Source: an uncultured delta proteobacterium
GTDB lineage: Bacteria; Desulfobacterota; Syntrophorhabdia; Syntrophorhabdales; WCHB1-27
Reading direction: 5' to 3'
NCBI GenBank assembly: GCA_963810935.1
Contig: CAWEPK010000012.1
Location: 224,001 to 288,000 of the forward strand
DNA: 64,000 nt
Shown: positions 22,150 through 33,458 of the stretch, in pieces
Layout of the letters: each line of letters starts with the position of its first letter
Position numbering within the stretch: the first letter of the stretch is position 1
Notes under the pieces: generated by a model
What the model saw: only the letters and a program-made list of their open reading frames with translations
The model's database searches: none
What the model was told of the DNA's origin: nothing
Made by a program: the position numbers and the translations under genes

Positions 22150-23172
22150 CTACGGGTGGGTCTTGATATAGTCGAGGCAGAACTGAAGAGCCTCCCCGCC
22201 GGGCAAGCCCTTACCCTTCATCTCCTGGACATACTTATCGAGTACGCCTTTCATTTTGTCGGAGGTCCTCGACTCTTCTTCTTTCGTGACTTTCACCCAC
22301 TTAACGCCCTTCGCGACCGTATATGCCCTTGCTTCTTCATCCAGGGTTACCCACAATCTTGCGTGTTTCTCTATCCATTGCGCGTTGATGTTTTCGATTA
22401 TGGCCTGGTCGGTCCTGGATAGCGCATTCCATTTGTCTTTATTCATCACGACAAACATCGAGGTCATGTAGGAGACAGCGTAATTTTCCAGGCACACCTT
22501 AACGAGTTCACCGAACTTCCAGCCCTTCAACGCCTCGATGGGACCAAGCACGCCGTCTACGAGACCCCTTTGAAGCGAGTCGTAGGTCTCTGTGATAGGC
22601 TGGGTTACCGGAGCACCGCCAACGGCCCTCACGATGTCCGCGCTCTCGGAGCTTGCCTTTATCCTCATTCCCTTTATGTCATCGATGGACGATATGGGTT
22701 TCTTGACGTAAAAAATGCCCGGAGCTGCTCCGTGAATAAACATGAGCTTCACGTCGTCGAACTCTTTAGGCTTGAATTTCTGGTAGTACGCATTGCCCAG
22801 CTTTGTTGCCTGGTATCCGTTCTTGTAGCCGAGTGGGAGTTGCAGCACCTCGCTCAATGGAAGACGCCCCGGCGCATAGGCAAGGAGGGCCTGACCGAAA
22901 TCTGCTATTCCTTTCGCAACGTTATCATACGTCTGCATAGGCGGTGACAGTGTAGCCGAAGGAAACTGGGTGATCTTTACCCGGCCCTCTGTCCTCTTTT
23001 CGATTTCCCTGCACCATTCTTCGGTGAGCTTGGTTATCGCGTGGGTGGCCGGGAAGAAATTGGCGTAACGCAGCTTCATGACTTTGTCGTTAGCCTGAAG
23101 AGGTCGTGCGCCGTCGAGGGCGACAATCAAAAAAAGCGCTGCGAAGCAGATTAGATAAAGCTTCGTTTTCAT
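22150..23172 (-). CDS. TRAP transporter substrate-binding protein (DctP-like), no membrane subunits nearby
   Basis: Signal peptide, IEKRTEGRV, DIKGMRIK, YDSLQRGLVDG, MNKDKWNALS. Confidence 0.9.
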   Translation of the reverse strand: MKTKLYLICFAALFLIVALDGARPLQANDKVMKLRYANFFPATHAITKLTEEWCREIEKRTEGRVKITQFPSATLSPPMQTYDNVAKGIADFGQALLAYAPGRLPLSEVLQLPLGYKNGYQATKLGNAYYQKFKPKEFDDVKLMFIHGAAPGIFYVKKPISSIDDIKGMRIKASSESADIVRAVGGAPVTQPITETYDSLQRGLVDGVLGPIEALKGWKFGELVKVCLENYAVSYMTSMFVVMNKDKWNALSRTDQAIIENINAQWIEKHARLWVTLDEEARAYTVAKGVKWVKVTKEEESRTSDKMKGVLDKYVQEMKGKGLPGGEALQFCLDYIKTHP

Positions 23173-23199
23173 AAAGACTCTCCTTGTTCCTGAGTTATT

Positions 23200-24318
23200 C
23201 TACGATTTTCTTACAGCTTGCAACATAGCCTCGACGTTCTCCGGTTTTGCGTTTATGGGTACCGTACAACCCGAACCGAGGATAAAACCACCGCCCTCGC
23301 CTATAACGTTCACTAGCCTGCGGCAATAGACCTTCACATCCTCGACGTTTCCGATGGTAAGCCGCGTGCAGGGGACGTCCCCAAGGAGACAGATGTGTCC
23401 GTCGAGCACTTCTTTTGCCTTGAATATGTCGGTTGCTCCGTCCAGCTCAAGCACGACGCTATGAGGAGGCAATTCCTTAAAGGATTCGAGGTGAAGGGTC
23501 CAGTTGGAATCTGCATGCAGAAAGAGCACAATCCCTTCGGAATACAGGGCATCGACCATTCTCTTGAGGTAAGGCAGACAGAACCTGCGGTGCATCTTGG
23601 GCGACATGAAAGTCGCCGACCCCCTCGTGAAGCCGGTGAATATTCGCCGTACGCCGGTTGCTGCAACAGCCTTTTTAGCAAGATCGATGGCGGCGCCGGT
23701 CGCAATATCAAGAGCCTTATCGACCAATTCGGGCACTCGGAAAGTATCGAGCATAAAGGGTTTCATTGAACGGCTTAAGGACAAAAAGTCTGTCGGAAAC
23801 GGAACGAAACCGCCATATAAAGGGACCATGCCCTTCGCCGCCGCTCTTTCGTTGCACCTTACCTCGAGTTCTGATTGGAGACGGAAGGCGTCGACAATTT
23901 GCGTGCTGTTCGCGCCATGCGCCCTCCGGCAAAACTCGGCGCTGTATTCTGAGAAACCCTTGTCGAAAAGCATTTGATAATCCTGGACGGTCATAATTTC
24001 TTCTTCAACAGCCTGATAGGGTGAATCAGGCGGCAACTCCCTCCCGGGAAGCCTCGACCTGGTAATGCCGATTGTCTTCTGAAGCGGCCCATGCATCTTG
24101 ATATAAACAGCTCGATACATGTCCCAACCACCGAGCATATCAAATGACTTGTCGAGACTGTCGAGCGCGCGTTCTTCGTTCCAGAGGAAGTCTTCGTTGG
24201 AGATACCTGCCAGTCTGCCCGCGAACTCTTCTATTTTCGGAGCTACGGGAATTTGATCGACCGGCTCGCACCGGATAGCCGCCTCAAGGCGCTCATCAGG
24301 GGTCATCGTAATCGTCAC
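23200..24318 (-). CDS. UroD/MtaA-superfamily protein
   Basis: EPVDQIP, FMSPK, LHAD, CLLGDVP, GGGFILGSGC, ENVEAM. Confidence 0.85.
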   Translation of the reverse strand: MTITMTPDERLEAAIRCEPVDQIPVAPKIEEFAGRLAGISNEDFLWNEERALDSLDKSFDMLGGWDMYRAVYIKMHGPLQKTIGITRSRLPGRELPPDSPYQAVEEEIMTVQDYQMLFDKGFSEYSAEFCRRAHGANSTQIVDAFRLQSELEVRCNERAAAKGMVPLYGGFVPFPTDFLSLSRSMKPFMLDTFRVPELVDKALDIATGAAIDLAKKAVAATGVRRIFTGFTRGSATFMSPKMHRRFCLPYLKRMVDALYSEGIVLFLHADSNWTLHLESFKELPPHSVVLELDGATDIFKAKEVLDGHICLLGDVPCTRLTIGNVEDVKVYCRRLVNVIGEGGGFILGSGCTVPINAKPENVEAMLQAVRKS

Positions 24319-24372
24319 GCTTCCTCCTTACCATAACTGAGCCTGCTGATCCGGTACTCAGATATATGGAAA

Positions 24373-24387
24373 GCACCAAACGTGCCT
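24373..24387 (-). promoter_or_regulatory. Probable sigma54 promoter
   Basis: AGGCAC-GTTTG-GTGC upstream of the 24318 start. Confidence 0.55.
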
Positions 24388-24502
24388 GAGCAGAGAATTA
24401 TTACAACATGGCGTTTTTTATTAAGAAAGTAAAATGTAAGACAGAATAGGATAGAGGGTAAACTGCGACATATCGTAGAAACAGCGAAATATAGATGACG
24501 TC

Positions 24503-26063
24503 TTACCGGATGCCGAGCTTTTGCATTCGCGACCGGAGGGTGCTCGGATGAAGCCCAAGCACCGCCGCAGCTCCTTTCCTGCCCTCTATTCTCCAACGGG
24601 TCTCCGAGAGGACGCGTAGTATGTGTTCTCTCTACGTCTTGAAGCGTATCCGTCCGGTCTTCGGCGGGTCGCATATGGGCGGCGAGGTTATCGGCGAGAT
24701 GAAAGACGGGGCCGGAGGAAAGTATCAGGCTGCCCTCGATAACACTCTCCAGTTCGCGGATATTGCCCGGCCATGGATATTCCTTGAGCAGTCTCATAAC
24801 TTCTTTGGGAATTGCAGTAATCTTCTTCCCCAGTTTTCTTCCGTATCGTGCGACAAAGGCTTCTACCAGAAGCGGTATATCTTCCTTGCGGTCCCTCAGG
24901 GGCGGGATTATGATGGGGAATACATTCAGTCGATAAAAAAGGTCTTGTCTGAACCTTCCATTGCGGACTTCCTTCTCAAGGTCTCTATTGGTCGATGCTA
25001 TGATTCTTACGTCGATCTTTCTCGTTTGGGAGGAGCCAAGTCGCTCAAAGGACCCGTCCTGGATTACTCTTAAGAGCTTACCCTGCAGCTCCGTGGGTAG
25101 TTCACCAATCTCGTCCAGGCAGAGGGTTGAGCCGTGGGCAAGCTCAAACCTGCCTATCTGACTCGTGTGAGCACCCGTATAGGCTCCCTTTTCACGTCCA
25201 AACAGTTCGCTTTCGATCAGGCTGGACGGTAGAGCAGCACAATTCACCATAATCAGAGGGCGGTTTTTGCGCCGGCTCATATCGTGGATAGCCCGGGCGA
25301 TCAACTCCTTTCCGGTTCCGGTCTCACCGAGTATGAGCACCGTCGTATCCGTACCGGCCACCTGTTCTGTCTGTAGAAGCACCCATTTTAACGCGGGACT
25401 ATCGCCGATGATGTTGTCAAAGTCACGGTTTGCTCTAACCTCTTTGCGGAGATAGACGTTCTCTGCCTCCAGTTGTTCCTTCAGTTTAGTGATCTCTTCC
25501 AGGGCCCTGCGTAGTGATTCCTCCGTCATCTTTCTTGTCAGTGCATTGGCGAAGATGACCCCTATGACTTCAAGCCGGTCCATCAACTGATGGGGCCACG
25601 CGATTTCGCCCTTCGTCGTGCTTACAGCCACGGAGCCGATGACGGTCCCGCCTGCCACCATAGGTATCATGGTAGCCGATTTTATGTTGTACTTCCGGAT
25701 AGCCTCCTTATCGAGCCAAGCGTCATCAGGCAAGTCGCTGACTCTATCGAAGATTATTGATTCCCGCTCAAGCAGCTTAGAGACCGTCCAGGGCATCACT
25801 TCAGTGTCGAACCGGTCCGGAGAAGGAGAAATGCCATGCTCCGTCCAGGAATACACGCGTTCGAGCCGCGACCGGTCTTGAGCAAAGAGAAAGACGGTTC
25901 CTCTGTCTACGCCCAGGAAGTTTACAAAAGCCCCAAGACCTTTCTGCAATTCTCCATCAATCTCCGCAACCGGAATATCGATCAGCGTTGTTGCTATCAA
26001 CGACAGGAGTTTCTCAAAGCGAAGATGATCATCGAGGGATCTAATGATCCTTTTAGAAGCCAT
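24503..26063 (-). CDS. GAF-domain sigma54 activator (FhlA-like); frameshift near 24610
   Basis: GETGTGKE, GAYTGA; shifted frame restores the HTH (GAAAVLGLHPSTLRSRMQKLGIR*). Confidence 0.9.
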
Positions 26064-26189
26064 TTGTGAGAAGATATATTAGCAGAACCAATGATGTCAA
26101 CACTTTACGTCAATACGCGCCCAAAACGTGACTACGATCGTCGGATACCTTTAAAGATATGAGAGATAGCTCCCGGGGAGGCAAGTATT

Positions 26190-28935
26190 CTACTTCGATG
26201 CGGCAGAACCTCCGCCCCTGCTGTCCAGCGTCCGCCGCACCGTCTCTGCCAGCTCCCTCTTCACGAGAGGTTTCATGACGAACCCGCTGATGCCTGCCGA
26301 TTTTGCCTTCTCCGGCGAAACGGCCTCGCTGTAACCCGTTATGAGGACTATGGGCAGGTCTTTCCTTACCTCCAGCATGTTCCTGGCGAGATCGACACCC
26401 GTGAGCTCCGGCATGGCCTGATCAGTGATGACAAGGTCGAAGCGCTCGGGGTGGTTTATGAAGGTATTCAACGCCTTGCGGCTATTTGTATTGCCGACCA
26501 CTTTATAACCGAGGCGTCGGAGGGTCTGCGAGACCGTGGCGACGACCTGCGGCTCGTCGTCCACGAGGAGTATCCTTTCGCTTCCGTGCGGGACCTCGGA
26601 AATCGTCTCGGGCTCTTCTTCTATTACCGCGTCGAAAAAGGGAAGGAAAATGGTGAAGACGGCTCCTTCCCCAGGATTGCTCACTAAGGTTACAGCACCT
26701 CCGTGATTTTTTACGATCCCATAGACGACCGCCAGGCCCATGCCCGTTCCCAGGCCGGCTCCTTTTGTCGTGAAGAAGGGCTCGAACACCCTTTTTTGGA
26801 CCTCTTCCGTCATGCCATCGCCCGTGTCCTTTACGGAGAGCTTCACGTACCTGCCCGGCTTCATATCGGCATCAGGCATCGTGTCCTGACGTAAAAAAGC
26901 GAGATCGGAAAGAGCGATCGTAAGAGTCCCTCCCCGTTCCCGCATTTCATAGACAGCGTTTGTGGCAAGGTTCATCAACACCTGCTGAATCTGGGCAGGG
27001 TCGCCAAGGATCGTATCGTTCCTGGCGTGAAAGTCGAGTTCCATTTTGATCGTAGTAGGCACCGTGCTGCGGAGTAACTTGCATGTCTCCTTGATAAGGG
27101 GGGTAAGCATCAAGGTGTTCTTGCCGGCCGCTGTCTTTCGGCTGAATGCAAGGATCTGCTTCACAAGATCGCTCGCGCGTTTGGAGGCCTTCACGATCTG
27201 CTCGACGTTCCTTCGCGGCTCGGGGCTGTTTTCCAAATCATCCATAGTCAGCCTCCGCGTTGCCCATTATAATGGCCAGCATGTTGTTGAAGTCGTGCGC
27301 TATGCCTCCGGCAAGGGTCCCTATGGCCTCCATCTTCTGTGCCTGGCGGAGCTGTTCTTCAAGGCGGGACCTCTCTTCCTCCGCTTTTTTCTCGGCGGTG
27401 ATATCCTGGACAATGGCGATGCGGCCTTCAAGGTGGTTCTTACGGTTGAATATCGGGCTTACCGAGAGCCGCCTGTAGAAGGGCTCTCCTGTCTTTATGT
27501 TACGGACCATTATTTCAAGGCCGTGAAGGGCTTCATTCCGGGATGCACTGATGAGAGATTCCATATCCAGGGGCTTTCCATCGACGGCGGCCATCTTAAA
27601 AGACATGTTGCGGACGTTCCTGAGATCGTTTTCGTCAAGCCCTACCTGGGCGGCCTGAGACCTTGCGACTGCGTTGGCCAGTACCACGCGGCCTTCGACA
27701 TCCGACACCCACACGGCCTGCGCCATGCCGTCGATGAGAGTCATCAGGCGGTCGCGCTCGTGTTCGGCTACCATAACCTCCCACCGGACCTGCTCCGTCC
27801 TTTCCTGGACCAGCCGCTCGAGATTATCACGGGAACCGCGGAGCTCCTCCTCCAACCGCTTGGCCTCCGTGACGTCCGTGGCCGTACCGAACCATTGGAT
27901 AACCCTTCCCGATGCGTCCTTCAGGGGCATCACGCGGGTCAGGAACAATCGGAACCGCCCCTCGTCCCCTCTAATAGGCAAGGTCATCTCAAAAGGCACG
28001 CCGGTGTCGATGCAGGACTGCCATTGCGTAAGGGCCTGCTCCATGGCTTCGGGGTCGTGTACGCTTCGCCAATCCCGCCCTTCCATCTCTTCCGGGGTGG
28101 TGCCGGTATAGTCATACCAGCGCTGGTTATACCAGAATACGTGTCCGTCGCCGTCAGCAATCCAGGCCAGTTGAGGGATAGCGTCGGCCATTGTCCTGAA
28201 GCGGTCTTCGCTGTCCAGCAGGGCCGTTTGCGCTCGTTTGCGTTCGCTGGCATCCAGGACAAACGCTATGCCGCTGACGCGTGATTCATCCGTCATTGCA
28301 GCCGCCATCAGCACGGAGACGCGTGTTCCATCCTTGCGCACGAAGTCCCTCTCGAAGGGCCTGCTGCTTACCCCTGTTTCCTTAAGCTCTTTAATAGCCC
28401 TCAACCCCTGTTGCCGATACTGGGGAGGGGTCATGTCTACGAGGTCAATCCGGCCGGCTGCCAAATCTGCCCTCGAATAACCTGTCATCTCCAGGAATTT
28501 GTCGTTAGCGTCAAAGACCTTTCCATCCATATCCCAGTAGACGACACCAAGCAGGCCGGTCTCATAGAACCGGTGAAGGCGGACATCGGTTTCCCGCCGG
28601 ACCTGCTCCACCCTTGCTCTTTCGAGGCGATGGGCGATAATGGCGAAGAGAATACCGCTGATGCAAAACCCGGCCACCCGGACGAGCAGCCCACCCAGAC
28701 ATATGGATTGCGGGGCAAGCAGTGCGGCAGTCACGGCGCTAAGCACCATAGCGAAAAGGGCCGGACCTAATCCGCCGAACAGGACTACGAATATGACAAC
28801 GGGGTAAAAGGTAACGAAGGGTATATGCATTTCGAAGGCGGACTTAAGGACCAGATATACACTTGCGGCAATAGCCACAAGGATAACGGCAAAGAGGTAC
28901 TTTCTGAGGTCGGGAAATCTTCGATTATTGAACAT
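26190..28935 (-). CDS. Membrane PAS hybrid histidine kinase with receiver domain; frameshift near 27245
   Basis: TM region, three PAS domains, [11 protein letters not shown]-box, FFTTK..GTGMGL, receiver VDDE/TDQAMP. Confidence 0.9.
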
Positions 28936-28965
28936 TGCTGAATACGATGGAACAGTCTGACAGAT

Positions 28966-29630
28966 TTAAAGAAGCGTGTAAATGGGGGTACGAAGGGGCG
29001 TAATGTGCCCGGTAGACGGGGCCGCGCGGCCGTCCGGTTCTCTATGGACGGTTACTGATTGGCAGGGAAGTAATACCGTGAAGGTAGAGCCTTTGCCGAC
29101 ATTGCTCCGGACGGTAATGGTGCCTCCATGACTCTTCACGATCCCGAAGACGACCGCGAGGCCCATGCCCGTACCCTGGCCCGCCTCCTTTGTCGTTAAG
29201 ATAGAACTGTAAAAGCTCTCCGGTTGCCTATTGTTCTTAATAAATACGTATACATGCTGCCCGGTGAGGTCCTGTTTCCGGTAACCCGTCATCCGCAGGC
29301 CGCCCCCGTTGACGTGGACGATTTCCCCTTTCGTCGACAATATCAGGACGCCTTCGGCGACCCCTTCTAGTGCTATTGCAAGCCGCCTTATCCCCCCCCG
29401 GGGGGCCTTCCGGGACTCGGTCAAATCTATAACAACGCCTCCGAAACCGATTATGCCGCCCTGTCTCTCAAGTACAACCGCCCTCAAGAAGATCGGGGAT
29501 TCACTCCCATCCTTCCGCCTCCCCGTATACTCGGCGCCCGCGCGCCTCTCACATCGAAGAATCCTGGCGCCGTTCTCCAGTAGCCGTGCATGGTCCTTCG
29601 GCGCTATGTCTTGTCCCCATTGTCCTTGGT
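28966..29630 (-). pseudogene. Internally deleted PAS histidine-kinase remnant
   Basis: PAS fragments fused directly to [25 protein letters not shown], with no H-box and no evident start. Confidence 0.7.
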
Positions 29631-29685
29631 CACTAAATGTACATCACGTGTTGCATATCTGTAATGAAAGTGTATAATAAATGCA

Positions 29686-29830
29686 ATGCGATTCGAGTGG
29701 GATAACCGAACAAGTTCGGTTAATGCAGAAAAGCATATATACCGTTCGCCGTGAGAGAATAAGACTGATATCCGTCAGGCGAGCAAGACGCAAGGAGGTA
29801 AAGCTATATGAAAAAGAAACAACCGGCTAA
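29686..29830 (+). pseudogene. brnT: BrnT toxin with internal deletion
   Basis: MRFEWD...NAEKH jumps out of frame to YTVR.ERIRLISVRRARRKEVKLYE; promoter TTGCAT-16-TATAAT at 29651-29678. Confidence 0.8.
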
Positions 29831-30062
29831 GACGGCTGCTGAATTTGACAGGCGCTTCGACGAAGGCGAAGACATTCACGATATAGCCGATCTATCAAAG
29901 GCCAAAATAACGTATCCCGGCAAAAAAGTCCGTATTACCCTCGACGTCCCGCAAGTCCTTGTTAATGAGATCGACAACCTACGCCAACGAATAGGAGTGG
30001 ACCGGGGCGCCCTTATCAAAGTCTGGCTTCATGAAAGAGTCGAGCAGGAGAAAGGACGGTAA
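29808..30062 (+). CDS. brnA: BrnA/CopG-type antitoxin
   Basis: AEFDRRFDEGEDI; RHH C-terminus RITLDVP...ALIKVWLHER. Confidence 0.85.
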   Translation: MKKKQPAKTAAEFDRRFDEGEDIHDIADLSKAKITYPGKKVRITLDVPQVLVNEIDNLRQRIGVDRGALIKVWLHERVEQEKGR

Positions 30063-30172
30063 GGCTAACGGCTGGCACGTTCCTTCCACCGCCGGGCGGC
30101 CCCTGCCGGCGTTTGCAGGCATCGTGCCTGTTTTGCTATAATCAAGCGACATATCACTCAAGGGGGTAATCC

Positions 30173-30628
30173 ATGTCACGCAATCATATAGCCGTTCGCT
30201 GCGCGGTTGCCGCACTCTTCATGTGCCTGGCGGCGATGCCCGCTCTTGCGGCCGACGCGCCTACCGTTTCGCAGGTACTGACCGATGTGGACAAGCTGCT
30301 CAAGGAAAACCCGATGCCGGCCGGGGCGACCTCCCAGTTGATAAAGATCGCGGAGGACCCGACGGCGAGCATCTACCTGACAATCACGCTACCAGGAGCA
30401 AGCCTCGCGCCGCACGTGCACAAAACCCACGACGAGACCGAGTACGTGATCAGGGGGACGGGCAGGCTGTTCGTCAACAATGAGTGGGTAGACATAGGGC
30501 CGGGAAACGTGCACTTCAACCCGATGGGCAAGGTCCACGGAGCAATCAACAACGGCAAAGAATCGCTGGTAGTGCTAATCATGTTCACCCCGGCAATGAC
30601 GCAAACGGACAGGCATTTTGTGAAGTAG
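30173..30628 (+). CDS. Exported cupin domain protein
   Basis: Signal peptide; PHVHKTHDE and GKVHG cupin metal motifs. Confidence 0.88.
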   Translation: MSRNHIAVRCAVAALFMCLAAMPALAADAPTVSQVLTDVDKLLKENPMPAGATSQLIKIAEDPTASIYLTITLPGASLAPHVHKTHDETEYVIRGTGRLFVNNEWVDIGPGNVHFNPMGKVHGAINNGKESLVVLIMFTPAMTQTDRHFVK

Positions 30629-30865
30629 GAAGTACCGGTGTCGGGAAGGCCTGACTCTCTATGCACGGCTCGCTGAGCTGCTCGGGGAGGTAACTAGTAC
30701 ACCTGCCAGTTCACACATTGTTTGGACATATTGACTTTCAAGATTACCGCTTGCAAACGAGAGAGGCCCAAAAAATTCCGAAATAAAGCGATTTATCGCT
30801 ATTCGTTGCTCTTATTTTCTGAGTTGCAATTTGTTGAGAGGACGTGCGAATAATCTTCAGCGTCG

Positions 30866-32306
30866 TCAATAAGAAACGCTATTCGGGATTCCACAAATAT
30901 CCCGGATAACACCGACGTTGGACTTATAATCGTCAATACTGCATCTCAGATAGCCCGCCGCGCTCTCCGCAGTCACTAACTTAGCGTCCGCAGCCTCGGC
31001 TACAAGACATGCGAACTTCCCCCTCCTGGAATTCGGAACTGACCTAGGCTCGAAAAAGCCGGTTGCATAATCTTCCGCGGCGGTCCACTCATCGGTTGGC
31101 TTGTGATCCTCTACGACTAAAGCACTTAACGGGATCTCACGGTTAGACGCATTCCTAACGTGATACTTAGCGCTCGTGTAACTGAGACCGAAGGTGTCCA
31201 TTACTAATCTCAAACCACTAGAGTAATTTTCCGCCGTCTTGAAAAGTCTTTCCACTGCTCTTTGCGGAGCAAGAAATTCTACCGCAAATGCATTCGCCCT
31301 TTGTTCGATATAGTTTTTTACAGCACGAGGGTCTTTTTGAAGATCGGAGTATTGATCCACTTGAAGCTTCTCCAATCTTTCATTGGAATCATAAAGAAGA
31401 TGCCCCAGTTCATGGGCCAATGTCATTCTACGCACCCACACGTTCCTGTTGTCCCCTTTTGTGTTGACGGCGATGCCCCTTACCGGACCGTTAGCAATGG
31501 TGGCTCCAGCCACGCTGTCCTGAAACTCTGTCTGAATCAAAGGTATTTCAAGTGTGTCTTCGATTAATTTTCGCATGCATTGTATGGGTGTATCTGGGGC
31601 AATCCGAAGAATTCGTCTCGCTTCTCCAGCCAGCCAATAACCATGCTTCCATGCTGGGTAATCAGGACCGCTGCCGTAGTTATCTGTGGGGGTGAATCCA
31701 ATTTCAGTAACAGAAGCTGACAGTCGAGAATTTACCCACGAAAAAAGATCGTATTGTTTTCTAGCGACCCATGCGGCCTCGCACAATTGAGACACTAATG
31801 CAGAACTGAACTGAGTTGTTCCCATATCTTTCAGTCTTGCAGTGTAGCCTTGGATCTCCATTTGCTCCCGGGACAAAAGACACTGCACGCTCGTCCAGCG
31901 CTAAGGTCTGAGCTATTTTCTCAATAATATGAATCGACGTTAAAGTCTTAGGATTCTCAGCATCTTCTACTTCTTTTTCGCTAAGGCCTGCGGCAGAGGC
32001 AACTTTCTTCACAGGTAAACCAAGACTTTCTCTTCTATTGCGCAGTGTTCGGGCGGGTTCATCAACAGCGCTGGACAAAATAGCACTACCGTGCTCGAAA
32101 ACTTCGAGGAGTTTGGGCAGACCAAAGGTCTGTAGTGCTTCCCACGCAGACAATCGATGGCCCTTAGCTTCCGGAGAGTCCTCCGCCAGTTGGACCTGGC
32201 TTCGAACAAAAAGTCTGGTAGAAGTTTGCGCCCTTTCTCTGGCAGTTTTACCCGCACTTTCCGGGCCAAACACTAAATCGAGGTCGCGTACGTTTTCTAA
32301 AGCCAT
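30866..32306 (-). CDS. XRE HTH plus ImmA/IrrE (peptidase M78) protein; frameshift near 31855
   Basis: LRNRRESLGLPVKKVASAAGLS HTH; RRMTLAHELGH (HExxH); EQRANAFA. Confidence 0.85.
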
Positions 32307-32869
32307 GTCAAATTTTCCGTTTGAGATCTATGTGCTCTATTACTTTCTTCATCCCAGCCTAAATTGGCCACCTTATAGCCGGCAGTTTTAAAGGCCTCAG
32401 CGACACTTTGCAGCTCTTTTGCGTTTCGTGGCTTATAACGTGAGGAACTGCCGTTGAGCATGATAGTCATTGGATCGCGAAACCATAATTCACCGGCGGT
32501 GTGGGCATCGGCACCGCCCGTAAGGTTGGTATGTGCCAGCCTACCCCGTTTTAAGGCTGTTGCCGTTGCATGATGCTCGAGTGCTCCTGGAAGTGTTTCT
32601 AAAGCTACCACCCAAAGGTATTTGCAAGCCTCACTTTGAGGCACGTCAGCATCTGAACAGGGGGGCACTCCGAAAATGATCCCGGCTGCTGGGGGATAAA
32701 CTAATTCAAAGAGCCCATCTTGTGCGCCAATTTGATCTACCTCATCTTGATATTGCTTCAAAGCTAAATTCGGTGAGCGTGCGGGATAGTTTCTGCGATG
32801 GGCTTCACAGTTGTCAGAAACGCGAGTGTTCCCAGTACGGTTCATGACCTTTCCTGCATCCAAGTGCAT
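32297..32869 (-). CDS. Hypothetical protein, candidate toxin
   Basis: AT-rich; overlaps the start of the XRE-IrrE gene; H(TNL)TGG...AGELWF...NGSSSRYKP motif. Confidence 0.65.
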   Translation of the reverse strand: MHLDAGKVMNRTGNTRVSDNCEAHRRNYPARSPNLALKQYQDEVDQIGAQDGLFELVYPPAAGIIFGVPPCSDADVPQSEACKYLWVVALETLPGALEHHATATALKRGRLAHTNLTGGADAHTAGELWFRDPMTIMLNGSSSRYKPRNAKELQSVAEAFKTAGYKVANLGWDEESNRAHRSQTENLTWL

Positions 32870-33279
32870 CCAATAGCCTTAGAAGACGGTTTCAGGATCT
32901 CTTGTGCTCTCCGTCTTAGAATCTCTATTTTATCACAAACACTCCGAGCAGAGGTAACTTTTTATGAAGGGTCCTGGGGCAAGGTCTTGAATTATCAGGT
33001 TTGTTGCTGTGGGGTTCGCCAAAGCGCCTCATCAAAAGCAATCAGCGGCCCCAATCAGAGCAACGTCGGGAGCCCATAGGACCGTGAACGAATACATAAC
33101 TCCAACCTCTGGAAAGACGAAGGGATAGATTACGTTTTGGGTCCGCGCCCGCCTTCTCCGGCCCCACCACATGAGTCAATTATAACCACTAGTAATGGTG
33201 TATTGCAAGAAAAACAATTGAGCGGCACACTTTCAGGAAGACTATAACTTCGTCACGCTTATTATCCAGTCCAAACGGC

Positions 33280-33451
33280 GGCCTCCGGCTATTTTGGACG
33301 GGGCGCCCGCCCGACGTGAGGAGGGGAGGGTCGAGCACCGTGATCGAGGAGCCGCCGCCCGGAGCGTACTCTTTGTGTACGTGAGGACGTGCGGCCCGGA
33401 GAGACAGGCCGGGGAGAGGCGCGCGGTCGGACGCCAAAAGAGCCGGAGGCC
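33280..33451. repeat. Repeat family B, copy 2 (longer variant)
   Basis: Perfect terminal IR GGCCTCCGGCT/AGCCGGAGGCC; core GGAGCGTAC-loop-GTACGTGAG. Confidence 0.75.
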
Positions 33452-33458
33452 ACCCCCC

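Noticed and set aside
16073..24318. Extra hemE copies
   Set aside because: They lack the WLMRQAGR motif present in the true hemE at 54586, and their context is corrinoid methyl transfer.
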